The translations under genes and the position numbers were made by a program. From a virus, in IMG/VR virus record IMGVR_UViG_645058793_000001, positions 1 to 64,000 of that record: 64,000 nt of DNA; one strand, written 5' to 3'. Shown piece by piece: positions 1-9,590 of the stretch; the first letter of the stretch is position 1; every line of letters begins with the position of its first letter. A model generated the notes under the pieces. The model made no database searches. It saw only the letters and a list, made by a program, of their open reading frames with translations, and had not been told where the DNA came from.

Positions 1-25
1 ACTAATTAAAGCCGAGTGCTATTTT

Positions 26-232
26 TTATTGTTTAAATGTTATCAGAGTGCTCCAGCCAACCACCAGTAGCATATTGTATATATTTAAATCGTTCACCAA
101 CCAAACAGTAGATACTATCAGCATAAATACCATAAACATTCTCGCTATCCACGATGGTGTGGTTGAATTAAACCAATCATATGCAATCCCGGCTAGCCCA
201 ATCCAACCTATAATAGTTGCTAACGCTGTCAT
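26..232 (-). CDS. hypothetical membrane protein (68 aa)
   Basis: ORF with two hydrophobic segments; distal end of the leftward early operon. Confidence 0.3.
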   Translation of the reverse strand: MTALATIIGWIGLAGIAYDWFNSTTPSWIARMFMVFMLIVSTVWLVNDLNIYNMLLVVGWSTLITFKQ

Positions 233-522
233 AGGTTATTCCAACTGATCACAAGTTCTGACTTACCTTGAAATCCTCGATGAACAATGTACCCACTGTT
301 ACGCAATTTGTCCTCTATTCTATTAACAATGCGTATTCCTAATTGCGTATTTGTACCTGAATCATAAGTAACATTTGAATCACCACGGTTAATGGCCTCA
401 TTGATTGTATCAACGACTTCTGCCCACATGTGGTTATGCAATGACTTATATTCCAAACTATTAACTATCTTTTCATTTGCCTCGGTGGCTGTTAGTAATT
501 CCATTTTATTCACCCCAATCAA
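229..522 (-). CDS. hypothetical protein (97 aa)
   Basis: ORF packed tightly with overlapping neighbours in a co-oriented operon. Confidence 0.35.
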   Translation of the reverse strand: MIGVNKMELLTATEANEKIVNSLEYKSLHNHMWAEVVDTINEAINRGDSNVTYDSGTNTQLGIRIVNRIEDKLRNSGYIVHRGFQGKSELVISWNNL

Positions 523-766
523 TTCTTAATATAAACTCTGCCTGCTTATTGTCGCCATATACTGAACTCAAATCCACCTTATACCCATTGTGAATAAGCA
601 TAGATTTAATTGGATCAATGTCGCCTTCCTCATAATAATTAGTTGGAAACTTAAACACTGTAAAATCATATCCGTGTAACGCAGCCTTTTTAACCTCTTG
701 TTCGATACCAATAAACGGATTTAATTTTCTTGCTTCATCTGCTGTTAACATAGTACTACCCCACAC
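506..766 (-). CDS. hypothetical protein (86 aa)
   Basis: ORF, operon context. Confidence 0.35.
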   Translation of the reverse strand: MWGSTMLTADEARKLNPFIGIEQEVKKAALHGYDFTVFKFPTNYYEEGDIDPIKSMLIHNGYKVDLSSVYGDNKQAEFILRIDWGE

Positions 767-1091
767 TTGATACGATACTGTCAGTGTTAATTCTAACTAC
801 ACCGAACTCTCTATCCATTTCCTTGTCACACGCCTCGCACAAACCACCATTGCCACTCATGCGTTCAAAGAAATCAAACACCTTACCACATCGTTCACAA
901 CGCAGTCCATCAATAACCTGTTGTACCTCTTGTTGGAAACTAGTAACGATCGTTTCGTTGATTGGTGTAATCGTTACCTCACTGACGCCAAATTTCGGTT
1001 GTGGTCTGCTACGGAGATTCGATAACCGCTCATCAAAATATTTAGAAACTGTCCCATGTTCGGTAATATCTGCGTGCTTTATTCCTGCCAT
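756..1091 (-). CDS. zinc-ribbon protein (CxxC...CxxC), 111 aa
   Basis: CERCGK...CEACDK paired Cys motifs. Confidence 0.4.
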   Translation of the reverse strand: MAGIKHADITEHGTVSKYFDERLSNLRSRPQPKFGVSEVTITPINETIVTSFQQEVQQVIDGLRCERCGKVFDFFERMSGNGGLCEACDKEMDREFGVVRINTDSIVSSVG

Positions 1092-1729
1092 GTGTTCGCC
1101 TTGATGTCATACTCAGTCAGCAATTTACCTAACGTTAAGTCAGAATACTCATCAACCCAGTCAGTAATGAATACCAAATCATCAGAAGTAATACCACCAT
1201 TACGAATGCCGCGAATGTTTTCATCGTGTGCATAACGCATAATACCAAATGCAATCGGGTCTTTTTCTTTTTTAATATCGTCAGCAACCTTGCGCTCTGT
1301 TCCTGATTGATCTGTGTAAACGATAATGATGTCGTCGAATAAATCTTTCACATCATTAATCTTTGCCATGTTTTTATCAGGAATTAATCGCGTATACTCA
1401 GCTAACGTTTTCATTAACAACTGTTCAGCTTCGTAGTCATCAGCACTATGGATAGCCTTGTCTAACTGGTCGTAACTGATTGTCGTACGCAATCCAGCTG
1501 GAACAATATCATCTTTCATACGTTGTGCAAATGATTGTTGTGCTTTCAATTGAACAGTCATAGCTGTTTGGCCAATCGCCTCTGCTTGTGGTAACAAATG
1601 ATCAATGTTATCTAGTACCGTATCAATTTCATCATCGCTCACCTTACGCTTGTTGATTGCTTTCTTTAAATCTTTAAACATTTCGCCCACAGTTTTTGCC
1701 ATTGTGGTTACCTCCATAAATATCCACAC
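1079..1729 (-). CDS. hypothetical protein (216 aa)
   Basis: Long ORF, no recognisable motif. Confidence 0.45.
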   Translation of the reverse strand: MWIFMEVTTMAKTVGEMFKDLKKAINKRKVSDDEIDTVLDNIDHLLPQAEAIGQTAMTVQLKAQQSFAQRMKDDIVPAGLRTTISYDQLDKAIHSADDYEAEQLLMKTLAEYTRLIPDKNMAKINDVKDLFDDIIIVYTDQSGTERKVADDIKKEKDPIAFGIMRYAHDENIRGIRNGGITSDDLVFITDWVDEYSDLTLGKLLTEYDIKANTWQE

Positions 1730-1922
1730 GGATAGCTTTGCTTACTTTATACTTGCCGTTATATTTACCTTTAATTTTTGTTTCAACTACATACGGTCCA
1801 GCGACAAGAATTTCGTCACCAACTTCATAGTCATTCTTTAACTGGATACTCCGATTGCCATGCAACAACCTAATGAAATCATCATTGCTAACTTTTTCTA
1901 TGCCACGATAATACTCGTCCAA
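1674..1922 (-). CDS. hypothetical protein (82 aa; true start may be downstream)
   Basis: ORF overlapping the neighbour by about 56 nt. Confidence 0.3.
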   Translation of the reverse strand: MDEYYRGIEKVSNDDFIRLLHGNRSIQLKNDYEVGDEILVAGPYVVETKIKGKYNGKYKVSKAIRVDIYGGNHNGKNCGRNV

Positions 1923-2190
1923 TTATCTATTGCCTCCAAAGTATCTTCATGCAACTTATCAATCACTACTTGTGTATCTAGTACCATAATTTATTCCTTT
2001 ACCATTGCTTGATACACTGCCTGATCATCAGAGAATGGTGAGCCATACAATTTCCAACCGTCTTTGATTAATTCATTGACTTCATCGTTTAATCTACCTA
2101 CCATAGGTGCCCAAAGTAATTCGTATTTCATTAATCAAACTCCTTACTTAGTGATAATAATGCCCAGTTCTCCGTCGTCGTTAATACTCA

Positions 2191-2424
2191 TTATTCTGCC
2201 TCCAAAAATGTCTCAAATCTATCTAATATCTTTTTAGCGTTTTCTAGTTCTTCAATATCTCGTTCTGCATAATCAATACTATCTGACCACTCTTCAGATG
2301 ACGTATCTGGGTTATCATCATTGCATTCTAAATCACCATGTAACCCACGAATACAATAATTGAGTTCGCTGTTGGCATTTTTCAATTGTCTGTTAATATA
2401 ATTACGAAAACCATCAAGTTCCAT
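2191..2424 (-). CDS. hypothetical acidic protein (77 aa)
   Basis: ORF; stop of the upstream gene overlaps its start. Confidence 0.35.
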   Translation of the reverse strand: MELDGFRNYINRQLKNANSELNYCIRGLHGDLECNDDNPDTSSEEWSDSIDYAERDIEELENAKKILDRFETFLEAE

Positions 2425-3083
2425 TATCCTTCTACCTCCACCACTTCTTGATGAGCATTAGCCCAGCTTTCGGCTTCTTCTTTGGTATCAAATTTTGTGG
2501 CGTTTTCTGGAACATCTTGAGCAAGTGTTGGTACATCATATTTTAAAGTTTCATGGTTTTCAATTTCAACATACAAACGGTTATTGTCTAAATCAGTCTC
2601 TTTACTCCGAACCACCCACTTCTTAGGTTTCTCAACTTCGAATATATCTTTGTTGTTTAACCATTGTAGAATGGCGATTAAACGATTTCGGTTATCAAAT
2701 AATGTATTAGTATCTTTTACCCATTCAACTATTTTGTGAGGAAAATGAAACAAATCTGACCCGCTAATAAAAGTTGTTTGCAATTCATGGTTGTCTCGCC
2801 ACTCCACCAACGCATAATATACTTCCTTGCTAATCTTCATCTTGCTTTCCTTTCGTCCGTCATAAACGATTTTTTGATTATCTAATTGCGACATATAACA
2901 CCAACTAAGTTCACCATCATCAAGTAGTGCATACGGAAAAGCGCCTAAGGCCACCTTACTAGTGGGAGTCCATTCAGTTGGTTTTTCACCTCCGCCAAAC
3001 CAAATGTATCCTTGATTTTCAAATTGTTCTAGCACTTCATGTTCTTGCTCTTCATTCACCACGATATATGCTTTATCTGTCAT
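2424..3083 (-). CDS. hypothetical protein (219 aa)
   Basis: ORF, translationally coupled (ATGA overlaps). Confidence 0.45.
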   Translation of the reverse strand: MTDKAYIVVNEEQEHEVLEQFENQGYIWFGGGEKPTEWTPTSKVALGAFPYALLDDGELSWCYMSQLDNQKIVYDGRKESKMKISKEVYYALVEWRDNHELQTTFISGSDLFHFPHKIVEWVKDTNTLFDNRNRLIAILQWLNNKDIFEVEKPKKWVVRSKETDLDNNRLYVEIENHETLKYDVPTLAQDVPENATKFDTKEEAESWANAHQEVVEVEG

Positions 3084-3421
3084 TAACTCATACTCCTAAT
3101 AATTGAATATATTGGATTTAATGCGTCCATAATATTGAATGATGATATAATTATTGTCACAACTGCTACTAGCAGTAACCCCATTGCCACCACATAATGT
3201 GCCTCACCATCGGCATAACTTTCATCACTATCTATTGCCACGCCTCTTTTATATAATGTGTGAGCTACTGAAATTAAGATAACAGTAATTACAGCATAGA
3301 TAATTGCTCCAACATAATGTGCAACTACGTATTGATGCACCATTGTATCAACCATACTTGGCATGTTTTGTGCGCCGCTGTTTATGGTGTCGATTAACTT
3401 AGCGATTGCTTTATCTGTCAT
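3083..3421 (-). CDS. hypothetical membrane protein (112 aa)
   Basis: Three hydrophobic helices. Confidence 0.4.
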   Translation of the reverse strand: MTDKAIAKLIDTINSGAQNMPSMVDTMVHQYVVAHYVGAIIYAVITVILISVAHTLYKRGVAIDSDESYADGEAHYVVAMGLLLVAVVTIIISSFNIMDALNPIYSIIRSMS

Positions 3422-4358
3422 TGATCACACCTCTAATCACTGTGGAAATCTGCTTGTTTAATTCCTTGTTTACTACTGGCTCAACTAATTCTTGTGATAC
3501 ACCTTCATCACGAACATATTCTTTAATAATGTCAGCCTTTACAGCTTTGCTTAATTCACCAAAGTTTTTAAAGTCCAACTCAATACCATGTGATGATACA
3601 TTCATGACACGATTATCAGTTACATAGCGCTCAACATCGATTGCCAACGCTGATAATTCATGAGGTTGACTATGTTTCTTAGGTACGTGTCGCACTTCAA
3701 GATATTTATCAGTCTTGTGTTTAACTACTCGGTAGTGTTCCAGTTCATTGCTATCGTACAGACTAGCTTTAAATGGTTTATATACTAACCCCTCGCTGAT
3801 ACCGCCGTATAATGATTTTTCGCTAGGTGTTTGTTTTAATAACTCTCCCAATGGTTGTGGTTCACTAACCGTTTCAACCATGAAATCATTAACTATTGCT
3901 TGTAAGTCATAAAGGTCAGGTTGCAAAAATTTATCTTCAACAATCAGAATCGCATCATATAACACAACTGCTTTACCTTTTACGTCATAATTTGATCGTT
4001 GAATTTTATCTCCGTATAACTCCCCATAGATATGTGCTTCAACAATCTTACTATCATAGATAAAATCAATTGCTTCACGCATGGTATCAACATCTTCATG
4101 ACTGATTAAATCAGGTAACACATTGAAAGGTTTTTCGTCTGGATCTTTAATAAATCCTGACCGCTTACCAAACTTATACTCACCAGTTGCCATATCGATT
4201 GTGATAGAAACGTTTGATCCGTCTACTTTTTCAGTAGCATACATCAGTTCATTCAATTCAAAATTACGTTCGTCAACTTTATAGTGATTAGTTAATGATG
4301 GATATTTTAGAAATTTCATTACGATTCCTTTCGCCATACGCTGTGACCAGTGAACCAT
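3411..4358 (-). CDS. ATP-dependent RNA/DNA ligase-like nucleotidyltransferase
   Basis: Motif I KVDGSN (KxDG); motif IV-like EGLVYK; motif V-like KHKTDK; 315 aa is in the range of Rnl2-type RNA ligases. Confidence 0.5.
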   Translation of the reverse strand: MVHWSQRMAKGIVMKFLKYPSLTNHYKVDERNFELNELMYATEKVDGSNVSITIDMATGEYKFGKRSGFIKDPDEKPFNVLPDLISHEDVDTMREAIDFIYDSKIVEAHIYGELYGDKIQRSNYDVKGKAVVLYDAILIVEDKFLQPDLYDLQAIVNDFMVETVSEPQPLGELLKQTPSEKSLYGGISEGLVYKPFKASLYDSNELEHYRVVKHKTDKYLEVRHVPKKHSQPHELSALAIDVERYVTDNRVMNVSSHGIELDFKNFGELSKAVKADIIKEYVRDEGVSQELVEPVVNKELNKQISTVIRGVINDR

Positions 4359-4816
4359 ACATCACCAACGCTTGCAGCATCTGGTTCGCAGTTATCGTAT
4401 GAATTGATAGCATGTCCCACTGGAATATCCTTGTTATTTAATTGATTAATAACTGATTGTGGATCTTTCATCGTGTCCCATTCCAAGCGAACGCCATAAC
4501 TGAAATTGCTATCCACATTAGCCATTAACGAAATGTATTTACCTTCAACAACTGTGCAAGACGTTACGCCTTCATACGTGCGTCCACCTGGAAAACCAGT
4601 TTCTGCTACGTAGATGTCATTAGATTTAATAAGTTTTAGTTGGTTCAAAACATCTTGTGGATCAGCCATACGAGACCATGGAATTATTGCGTTATACTCA
4701 TGACCGTTATTGTATTTGCCATAAACATGAATATGAATACTTGGAGTAACTGTGTAATCACAAACTCCTGACCACACATCTACGCCTGATGACTTACATT
4801 TAACTTTTAATTCCAT
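4319..4816 (-). CDS. hypothetical protein (165 aa)
   Basis: ORF. Confidence 0.4.
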   Translation of the reverse strand: MELKVKCKSSGVDVWSGVCDYTVTPSIHIHVYGKYNNGHEYNAIIPWSRMADPQDVLNQLKLIKSNDIYVAETGFPGGRTYEGVTSCTVVEGKYISLMANVDSNFSYGVRLEWDTMKDPQSVINQLNNKDIPVGHAINSYDNCEPDAASVGDVWFTGHSVWRKES

Positions 4817-4818
4817 AA

Positions 4819-5034
4819 TTACTCAGCCTCTTCATCTAACTGCTTAGCAATACCCAACACACGCATTAATGGACCGTATGCCGCACGGCTATCATCTTCA
4901 TCTGGATCATCAAGATTTAATAACATTGTGGACAATTTGATTTTCTTAGCAATTGTTTCGTCATCTTGTAATGACAAGTTAACTAGGTTGTCGAAATCTA
5001 CGACCATATATGCTACGGCTTGTTTATGATTCAT
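4819..5034 (-). CDS. hypothetical acidic protein (71 aa)
   Basis: ORF. Confidence 0.35.
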   Translation of the reverse strand: MNHKQAVAYMVVDFDNLVNLSLQDDETIAKKIKLSTMLLNLDDPDEDDSRAAYGPLMRVLGIAKQLDEEAE

Positions 5035-5285
5035 TAATTGTTCTCCTCATCTAATTCTTGTGCGACATTTAAAAACTTGCGAAATTTATTACCGACTTCT
5101 AACACTTTATCTTCATCAGTGAATTCCTCCATAGCCATGTGGAAACGCTCGACAATAACGTCTTTATCTAAGTCTGCAACTTCCAATGCCCATGCAGTTT
5201 GGTAATACAAAAGGTCTTTATAGGTTAGTTTCATAATAATGTCTCCTACATACTGGTACGTAATCGTCGTCACCGCCAATAACAA
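5034..5285 (-). CDS. hypothetical protein (83 aa)
   Basis: ORF. Confidence 0.35.
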   Translation of the reverse strand: MLLAVTTITYQYVGDIIMKLTYKDLLYYQTAWALEVADLDKDVIVERFHMAMEEFTDEDKVLEVGNKFRKFLNVAQELDEENN

Positions 5286-5763
5286 TCTGTTCTGTACTAT
5301 CTGACAATCGCTTATTCATAGTTGCCTTGTGTCCACAATAGTTACAAATTGTTTTCATCTCTGAAATCTTATCGGCAAATACTAGCAACGCTTCCGAACC
5401 TTCGAACAAACAATTATCGAAATCATTCTTTAACCCGAAACACATCACTGGTATATCATTTGTATCCACAATTTTTGCCAGTGCAACCACCTGCTTACGT
5501 GTCAAAAATTGTGCCTCATCAATTAAGATTGCTGCATAGCCGTCAGTATTTAGCTGGGATAAATCTTCGTCCATGCCAATTGCATAAGCATCGCTTTCCA
5601 TACCGATACGTGACGTGATTTTCCCTATTCCATAACGTGTATCAACGCTACTGGTTGCTAGTAGCACACGTCGATTTTGTTGCTGGTAATTATGTGCAAC
5701 CTTTAATATCTCAATGCTTTTACCGCTCGCCATTGTGCCGTATTTATAAAATAACTGAGCCAT
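5218..5763 (-). CDS. tdk: thymidine kinase
   Basis: P-loop YGTMASGKS and a C-terminal zinc ribbon CNYCG...PVCRRH typical of type II thymidine kinases. Confidence 0.85.
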   Translation of the reverse strand: MAQLFYKYGTMASGKSIEILKVAHNYQQQNRRVLLATSSVDTRYGIGKITSRIGMESDAYAIGMDEDLSQLNTDGYAAILIDEAQFLTRKQVVALAKIVDTNDIPVMCFGLKNDFDNCLFEGSEALLVFADKISEMKTICNYCGHKATMNKRLSDSTEQIVIGGDDDYVPVCRRHYYETNL

Positions 5764-6028
5764 TTAATTTATATTTCCCTTCTGGTACAAGCAATTTATA
5801 TCCAGTGTCCACACCATAATCTCGGTAATCATTAAAATCGATAATGAAATTATTGTGCAGCATACTGATTACCGTTTCTGGAAACAATAGGTTTGCCATA
5901 TCAATTGCCACGTAACCGTAATTTTCAAATAGTGATACCTTCGTATCGTTGATATAAATTTCTTTACTCTCCGTCACGTTTATATTCAACACGTTCCACA
6001 CCACCTCGGAAAAATATTTGTCCTTCAT
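5744..6028 (-). CDS. hypothetical protein (94 aa)
   Basis: ORF. Confidence 0.35.
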   Translation of the reverse strand: MKDKYFSEVVWNVLNINVTESKEIYINDTKVSLFENYGYVAIDMANLLFPETVISMLHNNFIIDFNDYRDYGVDTGYKLLVPEGKYKLNGSVIL

Positions 6029-6161
6029 AATCTGAATAACCTTGTGTTGCTAGTTGATTTAACATTTGTGATATATCACGACCATAAATTTTGTTAATGA
6101 TTTGATATGATCCACTGGTTGTGTAAATCTTTAGGTTATATAACTCTTTAAATTGAATCAT
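5964..6161 (-). CDS. hypothetical protein (65 aa)
   Basis: ORF. Confidence 0.3.
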   Translation of the reverse strand: MIQFKELYNLKIYTTSGSYQIINKIYGRDISQMLNQLATQGYSDYEGQIFFRGGVERVEYKRDGE

Positions 6162-6363
6162 TATTATTTGCCTCTCCAGTTATTTTTAATACACCGCTAT
6201 GCTTATCGAAGTATTCCAATTTATATGCCTTTGGTTTTAGCGTTACAGTGTTAGTGTTCCAATCAATTTTTAAAGTAGCTAATCCTTTGCTGACTTTCTT
6301 GCCGTCTAACCATACTTCTGGAACGTCAGTGATTTTATCGAACTCAATTCGTACTCGTTTCAA
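6148..6363 (-). CDS. hypothetical protein (71 aa)
   Basis: ORF with an AGGAGG RBS immediately upstream (6371-6376 on plus). Confidence 0.4.
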   Translation of the reverse strand: MKRVRIEFDKITDVPEVWLDGKKVSKGLATLKIDWNTNTVTLKPKAYKLEYFDKHSGVLKITGEANNNDSI

Positions 6364-6382
6364 AGTTAACCTCCTGCTACAT

Positions 6383-6406
6383 TAACGTATACGTTAACGT
6401 TAACCT
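6383..6406. repeat. ACGTWW hexamer palindromic array, copy A (TTAACGTATACGTTAACGTTAACC)
   Basis: Seen directly; the same motif family recurs at 18973, 21404, 25048 and 27835. Confidence 0.6.
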
Positions 6407-6422
6407 ACCATTTAATCTCATC

Positions 6423-6662
6423 TTATGTAACGGTGTAACCTTTTGGCTCAAACACTTTACGGATTTCGTCTGTTGTTAAACCACTGTATTTTGTATAGAT
6501 ATGATTACTAACAGAATCCCTAATCTCATGCCACAAACAATCAATGATTTCTTTACGTTTTTTGTCGGCTGTTGGTTTATATGGCATGTCTAAACTAATG
6601 TATATTGCTACTGCTATAACTGTAACTACACTAGCAACTAGCAAACTCATTAATATATCCAC
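6423..6662 (-). CDS. hypothetical membrane protein (79 aa)
   Basis: N-terminal TM helix. Confidence 0.35.
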   Translation of the reverse strand: MDILMSLLVASVVTVIAVAIYISLDMPYKPTADKKRKEIIDCLWHEIRDSVSNHIYTKYSGLTTDEIRKVFEPKGYTVT

Positions 6663-6898
6663 TTCCCTGTCTCCCTCCGGTAACGTCCCTGAAACTCATC
6701 TTCATATAATTTATTCTTGTAATACCAGCCTAGTTCCTTAGCAATCTTGGCGTATAATAACGGTCTGGATAATTCACCGTGGTTGTTATCACAAGCTGCT
6801 TTGAATACTTGGTACTGGTGTTCTGCCTTACCGTTTTTCTTGTTCATAGATACCACCCGATTAACACAACGATCACTAGCAGTATGATTGATAACCAC
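6650..6898 (-). CDS. hypothetical protein (82 aa)
   Basis: ORF. Confidence 0.35.
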   Translation of the reverse strand: MVINHTASDRCVNRVVSMNKKNGKAEHQYQVFKAACDNNHGELSRPLLYAKIAKELGWYYKNKLYEDEFQGRYRRETGKWIY

Positions 6899-6908
6899 AA
6901 TGCTGCTT

Positions 6909-7250
6909 TCATGTGAACAGACCTACGATTGCGATAATCATTGTCAGTCCGAGTAAGATGTTGTTTAGTCGGAACGCTTCATCATGGTCGTTGAGTTTAT
7001 TACTGACCGCCTTGAATGTATCGGTAACGCCGACGAACAATTCAGTGTGTTTACCCACATCATCTTGTAACTTAGTAACCCTGCTGTCAGTTTCATCTAC
7101 ACGACTATGAAGTCGTTGTGTTTCAGTAGTAGCTACCGTTAATTTACCATCGTTCACGTCCAAGCGTTGGCTGAGTTTTTGTGTTTCAGTAGTAGCAGTT
7201 GTTAATTTATCGTCGATACTATTTCTGTAACTATCATTTTCCGTCATCAT
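6909..7250 (-). CDS. coiled-coil repeat protein with C-terminal TM anchor (113 aa)
   Basis: Tandem TVATTETQ(K/R)L repeats; a direct repeat of about 60 bp is visible in the DNA at 7120-7210; hydrophobic C-terminus. Confidence 0.4.
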   Translation of the reverse strand: MMTENDSYRNSIDDKLTTATTETQKLSQRLDVNDGKLTVATTETQRLHSRVDETDSRVTKLQDDVGKHTELFVGVTDTFKAVSNKLNDHDEAFRLNNILLGLTMIIAIVGLFT

Positions 7251-7530
7251 TCACCGCCTCCAGTACAGCCAATGCACCATCAATAAATCCGTTCGCATAT
7301 TCAACCGTTACCTCGCCGGTATTTAAATAGGTAGAAAAGTCTGCGAATATTTGTTGTGTATCTTTAGCGTTCATAACTATCAACCTCAGTAGTTTTAGCT
7401 AGTACTGCTGTCTTGATTGGTTGTATCTTATATCCGTCTTTTAATAGTTCAGCGACTTCTGAATAAAACACTTCATCGTCACCTTCCATAACTAACTTTG
7501 TGTCTAATTTAACAGTTACATGTTCTGCCA

Positions 7531-7761
7531 TTACACTAACCTCACTACATTCGTATCGTGTGCAATCATTTCATGCACTGCATCATCAACTTCCGTAATC
7601 GTGTGCAGACCACCATCATGCAAGCGGTTGTATTCGTCTCGCGGATATTCGTAAACGTAATCGAATAAAATCATATTCATTTCCATATATCCAGCACGAT
7701 CAACAAGTCCTTCTGAATCTCTCCACATATTTCGGAATTCCTCTGTCGTTAGTTTGTACAT
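7531..7761 (-). CDS. hypothetical protein (76 aa)
   Basis: ORF. Confidence 0.35.
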   Translation of the reverse strand: MYKLTTEEFRNMWRDSEGLVDRAGYMEMNMILFDYVYEYPRDEYNRLHDGGLHTITEVDDAVHEMIAHDTNVVRLV

Positions 7762-7763
7762 AT

Positions 7764-7952
7764 CTACAACCCGATTTCTTTCACGGTTTCTTTTAACTCA
7801 CTTGCAGAAATACCTTCGTCATTGTCGATAAATCCTTGAATGACGTCTTCTAACTGAATTAATTTGTTTAAATAATCGTTTGGCACAGTGGCTAAAGTTT
7901 CAATTTTTGCCACACCAAATCCTAATTCGATATCAAGAGTTTCATTTCGCAT
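7764..7952 (-). CDS. hypothetical protein (62 aa)
   Basis: ORF. Confidence 0.3.
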   Translation of the reverse strand: MRNETLDIELGFGVAKIETLATVPNDYLNKLIQLEDVIQGFIDNDEGISASELKETVKEIGL

Positions 7953-7960
7953 ACCATCAC

Positions 7961-8263
7961 CTAAATTTTAATGTCGATTGTTGCTTGCTTAACCTTAGTA
8001 TTAATTTGCTTCAACAGCCTACGATTAATATCCTCGGTATCAATTTCCCAACTCTCGATAGCTTTGTTAATAACCAATTTCACTTGCTTATCAACAATGG
8101 CAAATGCCGAACCATCTTTTCGTTCCCAACGATTTGAATTAAACGCTTGGTTAATTGCATCTTTAATTGCTCGATCAATCTTTTTATTAATGATCGCTTG
8201 GTAGTCTTCCTTATGTGTCTCCAACCAATTGGCAATCATCTCGTTTGTAATTTCAATTTTCAT
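7961..8263 (-). CDS. hypothetical protein (100 aa)
   Basis: ORF. Confidence 0.4.
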   Translation of the reverse strand: MKIEITNEMIANWLETHKEDYQAIINKKIDRAIKDAINQAFNSNRWERKDGSAFAIVDKQVKLVINKAIESWEIDTEDINRRLLKQINTKVKQATIDIKI

Positions 8264-8422
8264 TTACTCGTCACCCTCCACCAACTGACCTTCCACAACG
8301 ATTGATCCATACTCATCGGCATCGGTAATTAAATCTCCATCTTCGTCATACAAAGCAAACTTTTGCATAATCGCAGCTACCATAAACTGTGATAATTCAA
8401 CTTTCACAAATTTATTATCCAT

Positions 8423-8710
8423 TTATTCAACCACCTTTACGCACTCTGGGTGCAACCACGCTTGTGCTAATTCTTCATCAGTTAAATGACCATATAGTTC
8501 ATCTGAATAAAGTATGAAATCAAGAAAACCTGTAAGACTAGAAGTTTCTTTTTGGGTTAATAATAAAGCCTTCTCTTCTTTAGACATCTTGATAGTTGGC
8601 GTATAAGTTAATTTAAAATTGTCAATAACATAGATAGCTAACACTCTTAATTCTGTCTTTCTAGTTGGAATGTTTTCTAGTAATAAATCCATGCCCTCAT
8701 CAAACGTCAT
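8423..8710 (-). CDS. hypothetical protein (95 aa)
   Basis: ORF. Confidence 0.35.
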   Translation of the reverse strand: MTFDEGMDLLLENIPTRKTELRVLAIYVIDNFKLTYTPTIKMSKEEKALLLTQKETSSLTGFLDFILYSDELYGHLTDEELAQAWLHPECVKVVE

Positions 8711-8819
8711 TCCTCAACCTCCCGAATTTCATACCGCTTATCATGGTATCGACTAAGTAGTTCGCTTAAATCAATACCCCAGTCGAACGGAATATTATCT
8801 TCGTAGACAACGTATTTAG

Positions 8820-9056
8820 TCATTCGTACTCCACTCCTGCAATGTTTTCGTTTGGGATAAGCACAAAATTGTGTACAGTAGTTACTCTAAAAGTATCGTC
8901 TAACCAGTTATCAATATCCGTAACAACTGATCCATTAATCCATTCCTTCAATGTGAATTCTTTGAACACCGGTTCGCCAACCGTAAACGTAACTGCTGGA
9001 TATTTACCGTGGACATACACCTGCTCACGTAAACTGATTGTTTTAATCTCTTTCAT
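8820..9056 (-). CDS. hypothetical protein (78 aa)
   Basis: ORF. Confidence 0.35.
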   Translation of the reverse strand: MKEIKTISLREQVYVHGKYPAVTFTVGEPVFKEFTLKEWINGSVVTDIDNWLDDTFRVTTVHNFVLIPNENIAGVEYE

Positions 9057-9262
9057 ATCTTATATACCTTATAATTCCCTCTGACCGATTCACGCTTGCC
9101 TGTCTTGATACGACTAACTGCTGAATCAAAGGAACCTAGTTTAATACCTAACCAATCAGCAACTTCAATTCTGCTACCCACCATAATAGGTAAATCATCA
9201 GTGTCGTATACAATATACAGGCTAGTATTCATACGTATCAGCGTCCTCCAATACGAAACCAA
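9053..9262 (-). CDS. hypothetical protein (69 aa)
   Basis: ORF. Confidence 0.3.
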   Translation of the reverse strand: MVSYWRTLIRMNTSLYIVYDTDDLPIMVGSRIEVADWLGIKLGSFDSAVSRIKTGKRESVRGNYKVYKI

Positions 9263-9590
9263 ACTCGTCTAATTTACCAATCACATAGTGTGCCTCTCGG
9301 TTATCTAACACGCTTTTGCGACGGTCAAATTCATCACTGATAATATATGCCCCATCTAATCGACTAACGTATAGTTCATCGTCACTGGTAATAACATATT
9401 TCTTTTCCGCACCCTCTGGTAAATCAGCAACCTTAACGTTAGTGAACGTACCATTACCATTTGAATATGAAATCGTTTCTACATCGAACGGCACATCAAT
9501 TAATTTCTTCATTTCTAACAACCTCTTTTTTCTTTGAATCATAGATAACAATTCGCTTGTCATTTTTAAACTTGTAGTGTTTATCGCCAT
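9222..9590 (-). CDS. hypothetical protein (122 aa)
   Basis: ORF. Confidence 0.4.
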   Translation of the reverse strand: MAINTTSLKMTSELLSMIQRKKRLLEMKKLIDVPFDVETISYSNGNGTFTNVKVADLPEGAEKKYVITSDDELYVSRLDGAYIISDEFDRRKSVLDNREAHYVIGKLDEFGFVLEDADTYEY

